64,000 nucleotides of DNA. Source: Felis catus (lineage: Eukaryota). The position numbers were made by a program, and so were the translations under genes. Every line of letters starts with the position of its first letter. Position 1 is the stretch's first letter. Positions 43,001 through 64,000 of the stretch are shown here, piece by piece. The stretch spans positions 59,458,001 to 59,522,000 of the forward strand of contig NC_058378.1 in the NCBI RefSeq assembly GCF_018350175.1. Direction: 5' to 3'. The notes below the pieces were generated by a model, which was given only the letters and a program-made list of their open reading frames with translations, did no database searches and was not told where the DNA came from.

Positions 43001-43987
43001 TGCCCTCAACCGCACCCACTCCTGCACGGCCTGCCCCCAGCCTGTCCCCAGGGCTCGGTGGTGCCTCACGATGGTTTAAAGACACCTGCTCTGAAGGAGA
43101 AAGATCTGGATCCGTATTTCCCTTCAGCCACTCCCCAGCTGTATGGCTCTGGACGTATCACTAAGCTTGCCTCAGTGTCCCCATCTGTGTTCCGGGTGTC
43201 ACGATCGGAGAGCCTCTCCCCACATACCCGGCGTGATTCTCAGGGCCCGACCCCCCGGGAGAACTCTTCTCACCATCCTCCTCCATTCCTCCCCCCACCA
43301 CAGGTGTGCCAGAAGTCAGGCGAGATCTCCCTGCTGAAGCAGCAACTGAAGGAGTCTCAGGCGGAGCTGGTGCAGAAGGGCAGCGAGCTGGTGGCGCTGC
43401 GGGTGGCGCTGCGAGAAGCCCGAGCCGCACTACGGGTCAGTGAGGGCCGGGCGCGGGGCCTGCAGGAGGCGGCCCGGGCTCGGGAGCTGGAGCTGGAGGC
43501 CTGTTCCCAGGAGCTGCAGCGGCACCGCCAGGAGGCCGAGCGGCTGCGAGAGAAAGCCGGCCAGTTGGACACCGAGGCCGCCGGACTCCGGGAACCCCCC
43601 GCGCCACCTGCCACCGCCGACCCCTTCCTCCTGGCCGAGAGCGATGAGGCCAAGGTGCAGCGGGCAGCGGCCGGGGTCGGGGGCAGCCTGCGGGCCCAGG
43701 TGGAGAGGCTGCGGGCCGAGCTGCAGCGGGAGCGGCGGCGGGGCGAGGAGCAGCGGGACAGCTTCGAGGGCGAGCGGCTGGCCTGNNNNNNNNNNNNNNN
43801 NNNNNNNNNNNNNNNNNNNNNNNNNNNNNNNNNNNNNNNNNNNNNNNNNNNNNNNNNNNNNNNNNNNNNNNNNNNNNNNNNNNNNNNNNNNNNNNNNNNN
43901 NNNNNNNNNNNNNNNNNCGCCGACCTGGGCCTGGCCGAGCCGGCCCCCTGCATCTGCCTGGAGGAGATCACCGCCACCGAAATCTAG
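40023..43987 (+). CDS. LZTS2: Leucine zipper putative tumor suppressor 2, ~670 aa. Exons: 40023-40430, 41056-41718, 42240-42497, 43304-43987 (N gaps 40131-40278 and 43786-43917)
   Basis: MAIVQTLPVPLEP, PPKLIPVSGKLEK, LIRPTAFKPV, SDSGRNSLSSLPTY, Fez1-like coiled coil ([22 protein letters not shown]), C-terminal ITATEI; frame maintained. Confidence 0.95.
40510..40950 (+). mobile_element. Two MIR relics in an LZTS2 intron
   Basis: acctgggttctaatcccagctctgcc...tctgagcc...tgtaaaatgg and gagcctccgtttcctcatctgtaatatgggg. Confidence 0.7.
42750..42960 (-). mobile_element. MIR relic
   Basis: taatcctcataacagccctg...gaggaaactgaggcccaga...gatttgaactcagg. Confidence 0.65.
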
Positions 43988-45479
43988 GGCCCTCGGCGTC
44001 CCGGATCTGCGGGGAGCCTTGCCGACAGGGGGGGGGGGGGCGGGAGCCTCAGGTCCACTGAGGGCCCCAGAGCCGCCCGTCCCCCCGCCCCAGGGGTCCA
44101 GGCCTCTGGGCCTCTGCCAAGAACTTGGGGCTGCCCTGTGACTCGGATGAGCAAGATCAGACTCCTCGAAGGTCCCCGTGTTCACTGTCACACAGGTTCC
44201 CGCTCACTCGACCCGTTTCACTCCCCAGCTGCCGCCATTGCCACTCTGCCGACCGCATTCATCCCAGACGCCCGGGGTGGGTGGGGGGGATGGGGGGTGC
44301 TGGGAAGAAGAAGGGGTTCCCTCGTTTCCACCCTCCCCTACCCCGAAGCCAGAGAGAGCCAGACAGTGCCAGCTGCTCCAGATGTGCCTGCCCCCACCCT
44401 GCCCGTGTCGGGCGACAGGGCTGGGACTGGGGTCTGACCCCCAGGTTCCAGCTCCGCAGCCTGTCTCCCAGGGTGAGGGGCTGTAGTCAGACCAAAGGAA
44501 NNNNNNNNNNNNNNNNNNNNNNNNNNNNNNNNNNNNNNNNNNNNNNNNNNNNNNNNNNNNNNNNNNNNNNNNNNNNNNNNNNNNNNNNNNNNNNNNNNNN
44601 NNNNNNNNNNNNNNNNNNNNNNNNNNNNNNNNNNNNNNNNNTTTCTGTTTGTAAAAAAAAGACGAGTGTGCTAGAGAGAGTTGATGGGAACTTCTTTGAC
44701 CCCCTCTTTCTGACCCCTCGTGGAGGTCTTGGGGGGAGAGAGAGGGTGATGGGGGATGGACAAATCCAGTGGAAAGTGTGAGATCCTAGCGGACCACCAC
44801 ATGAAGCGGTCTCCCAGGATTTGAGAAACTAGAAATGCTTTGCATCCTATCCCTTGCACAGAACACTGCTTGGGGCTGGGGGACGGATGCAATGACCCCC
44901 CCCCACCCGGGCCCTGAGAGTCCATGTTCCTCAGTGCTTGGGGGCATTAAAGGAGGCCTCATGAGAAAGGGCCTGCCAATCCCAAGCTCCAGACCTTGGC
45001 TTTCTCCCAACCTCTCCCAGTCGTGGGAGGTTGGGGGCAGTGCGCGGGTGACACAGCCTACCCCGCAGCACCTTGTCCTTGACACCAAGTTTATCTGGAA
45101 AGGGCAGAGCCTTAGTGACAGCGGGGGAGGGAAGAAAGTGGGGAGGTCTGCGCCAGCAGTGTGGAGCTCTGGGAGGAGGCAAGTCGAGGAGCAGTGAGAG
45201 GTTCCTGAATCCCGAGAGGAGGGGAGGAGGGGAGGTCTGGGAGACAGCAGGAGGGTCCTGGGAGGGCAGCGGGAGGATCTGAGGTCAGTGGGAAGAGTCC
45301 CGGCATAGGTGGAGAGAGTCTGGGGTTAGTATCGGGAGTCCGGAGGGGTCGGAGAAGGGACTGGGCTGGCGGTCCGCTGGAGGAGACTGGCATCAGTGGG
45401 AGGGATCTGGGAACTGGTGGGAAGAGCATTTATGGGAGGTTCTGGGAGGCAGTGGGAAGGAATGAGTACCAGGAGGGGG

Positions 45480-63503
<18,024 letters not shown>

Positions 63504-64000
63504 CTAGCCCTGGAGCAAAGGGCCCCGCGTGCCCCGGGCTCCATGAGCCTTCCGTGCGGGACTGGGGTCTCAGGGACCGGGAGCCCCCACCTCCGTTGCC
63601 TCACAGCAGTGTGTGCTCCAGGCCTGCGGAGGGAGAGCAGGGGTTGGGACAAGGGTGTGAATGTTGCCCTTGCTGCCTCCCAGAACTTCCACCCCTCGCC
63701 CTGATTTGAGCTTCCTGCCCTCCCATGCCCTAGGCCCCTCACGTCTCCCACCCCTGGCCCAGTCCAGGCACCATCGTGGATTTTCGGAGTCATTTATACC
63801 ACGCCAGTGGGAACCTCTCATTCACCCCTCATTCCTGCTCTCAGCTGAGTCATCCACCCCAGTGACCAGTTCTCAGTAGAGGCTGAGAGAGTGGAGATGG
63901 ATTCTTGCGGGCCCTAGGGTTTCAAGTGGTGTGAGAGAAATTGGGGGCAGGACCAGTCACTGCACGCCTTTCCTTGTGTTTGTGGGCAGGGGGCTCATGT

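Noticed and set aside
63624-64000. PDZD7 non-coding first exon / SFXN3 start expected by synteny
   Set aside because: Not visible; probably beyond the window end.

Overview
Mammalian genomic DNA, almost certainly a felid (cat family), judged from abundant Felidae-type CanSINEs. The species cannot be fixed from sequence. The window holds the conserved cluster SLF2 (last coding exon + 3'UTR, +), SEMA4G (+, 14 coding exons), MRPL43 (-, 3 exons), TWNK (+, 5 exons; head-to-head with MRPL43), LZTS2 (+, 4 coding exons, two CpG-island promoters) and PDZD7 (-, 16 coding exons; tail-to-tail with LZTS2). It also has CanSINEs (several nested, with target-site duplications, TSDs), L1/L2/MIR/MER5 relics, microsatellites and five N gaps. 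I traced all exon chains by hand through GT-AG sites and each keeps frame. Comparisons with human proteins are from memory and need alignment. No new gene family is evident. The best leads are regulatory: (1) a promoter-specific overlapping uORF in LZTS2 that could shift initiation from Met1 to a myristoylation-type Met26; (2) an antisense MRPL43 exon inside the SEMA4G cytoplasmic-tail coding sequence; (3) an alternative SEMA4G last exon giving a TM-less isoform; (4) PDZD7 changes: a shifted exon acceptor, a truncated C-terminus and a 201-nt AG-free zone before a 61-nt exon; (5) uORF chains in the TWNK and SEMA4G leaders.
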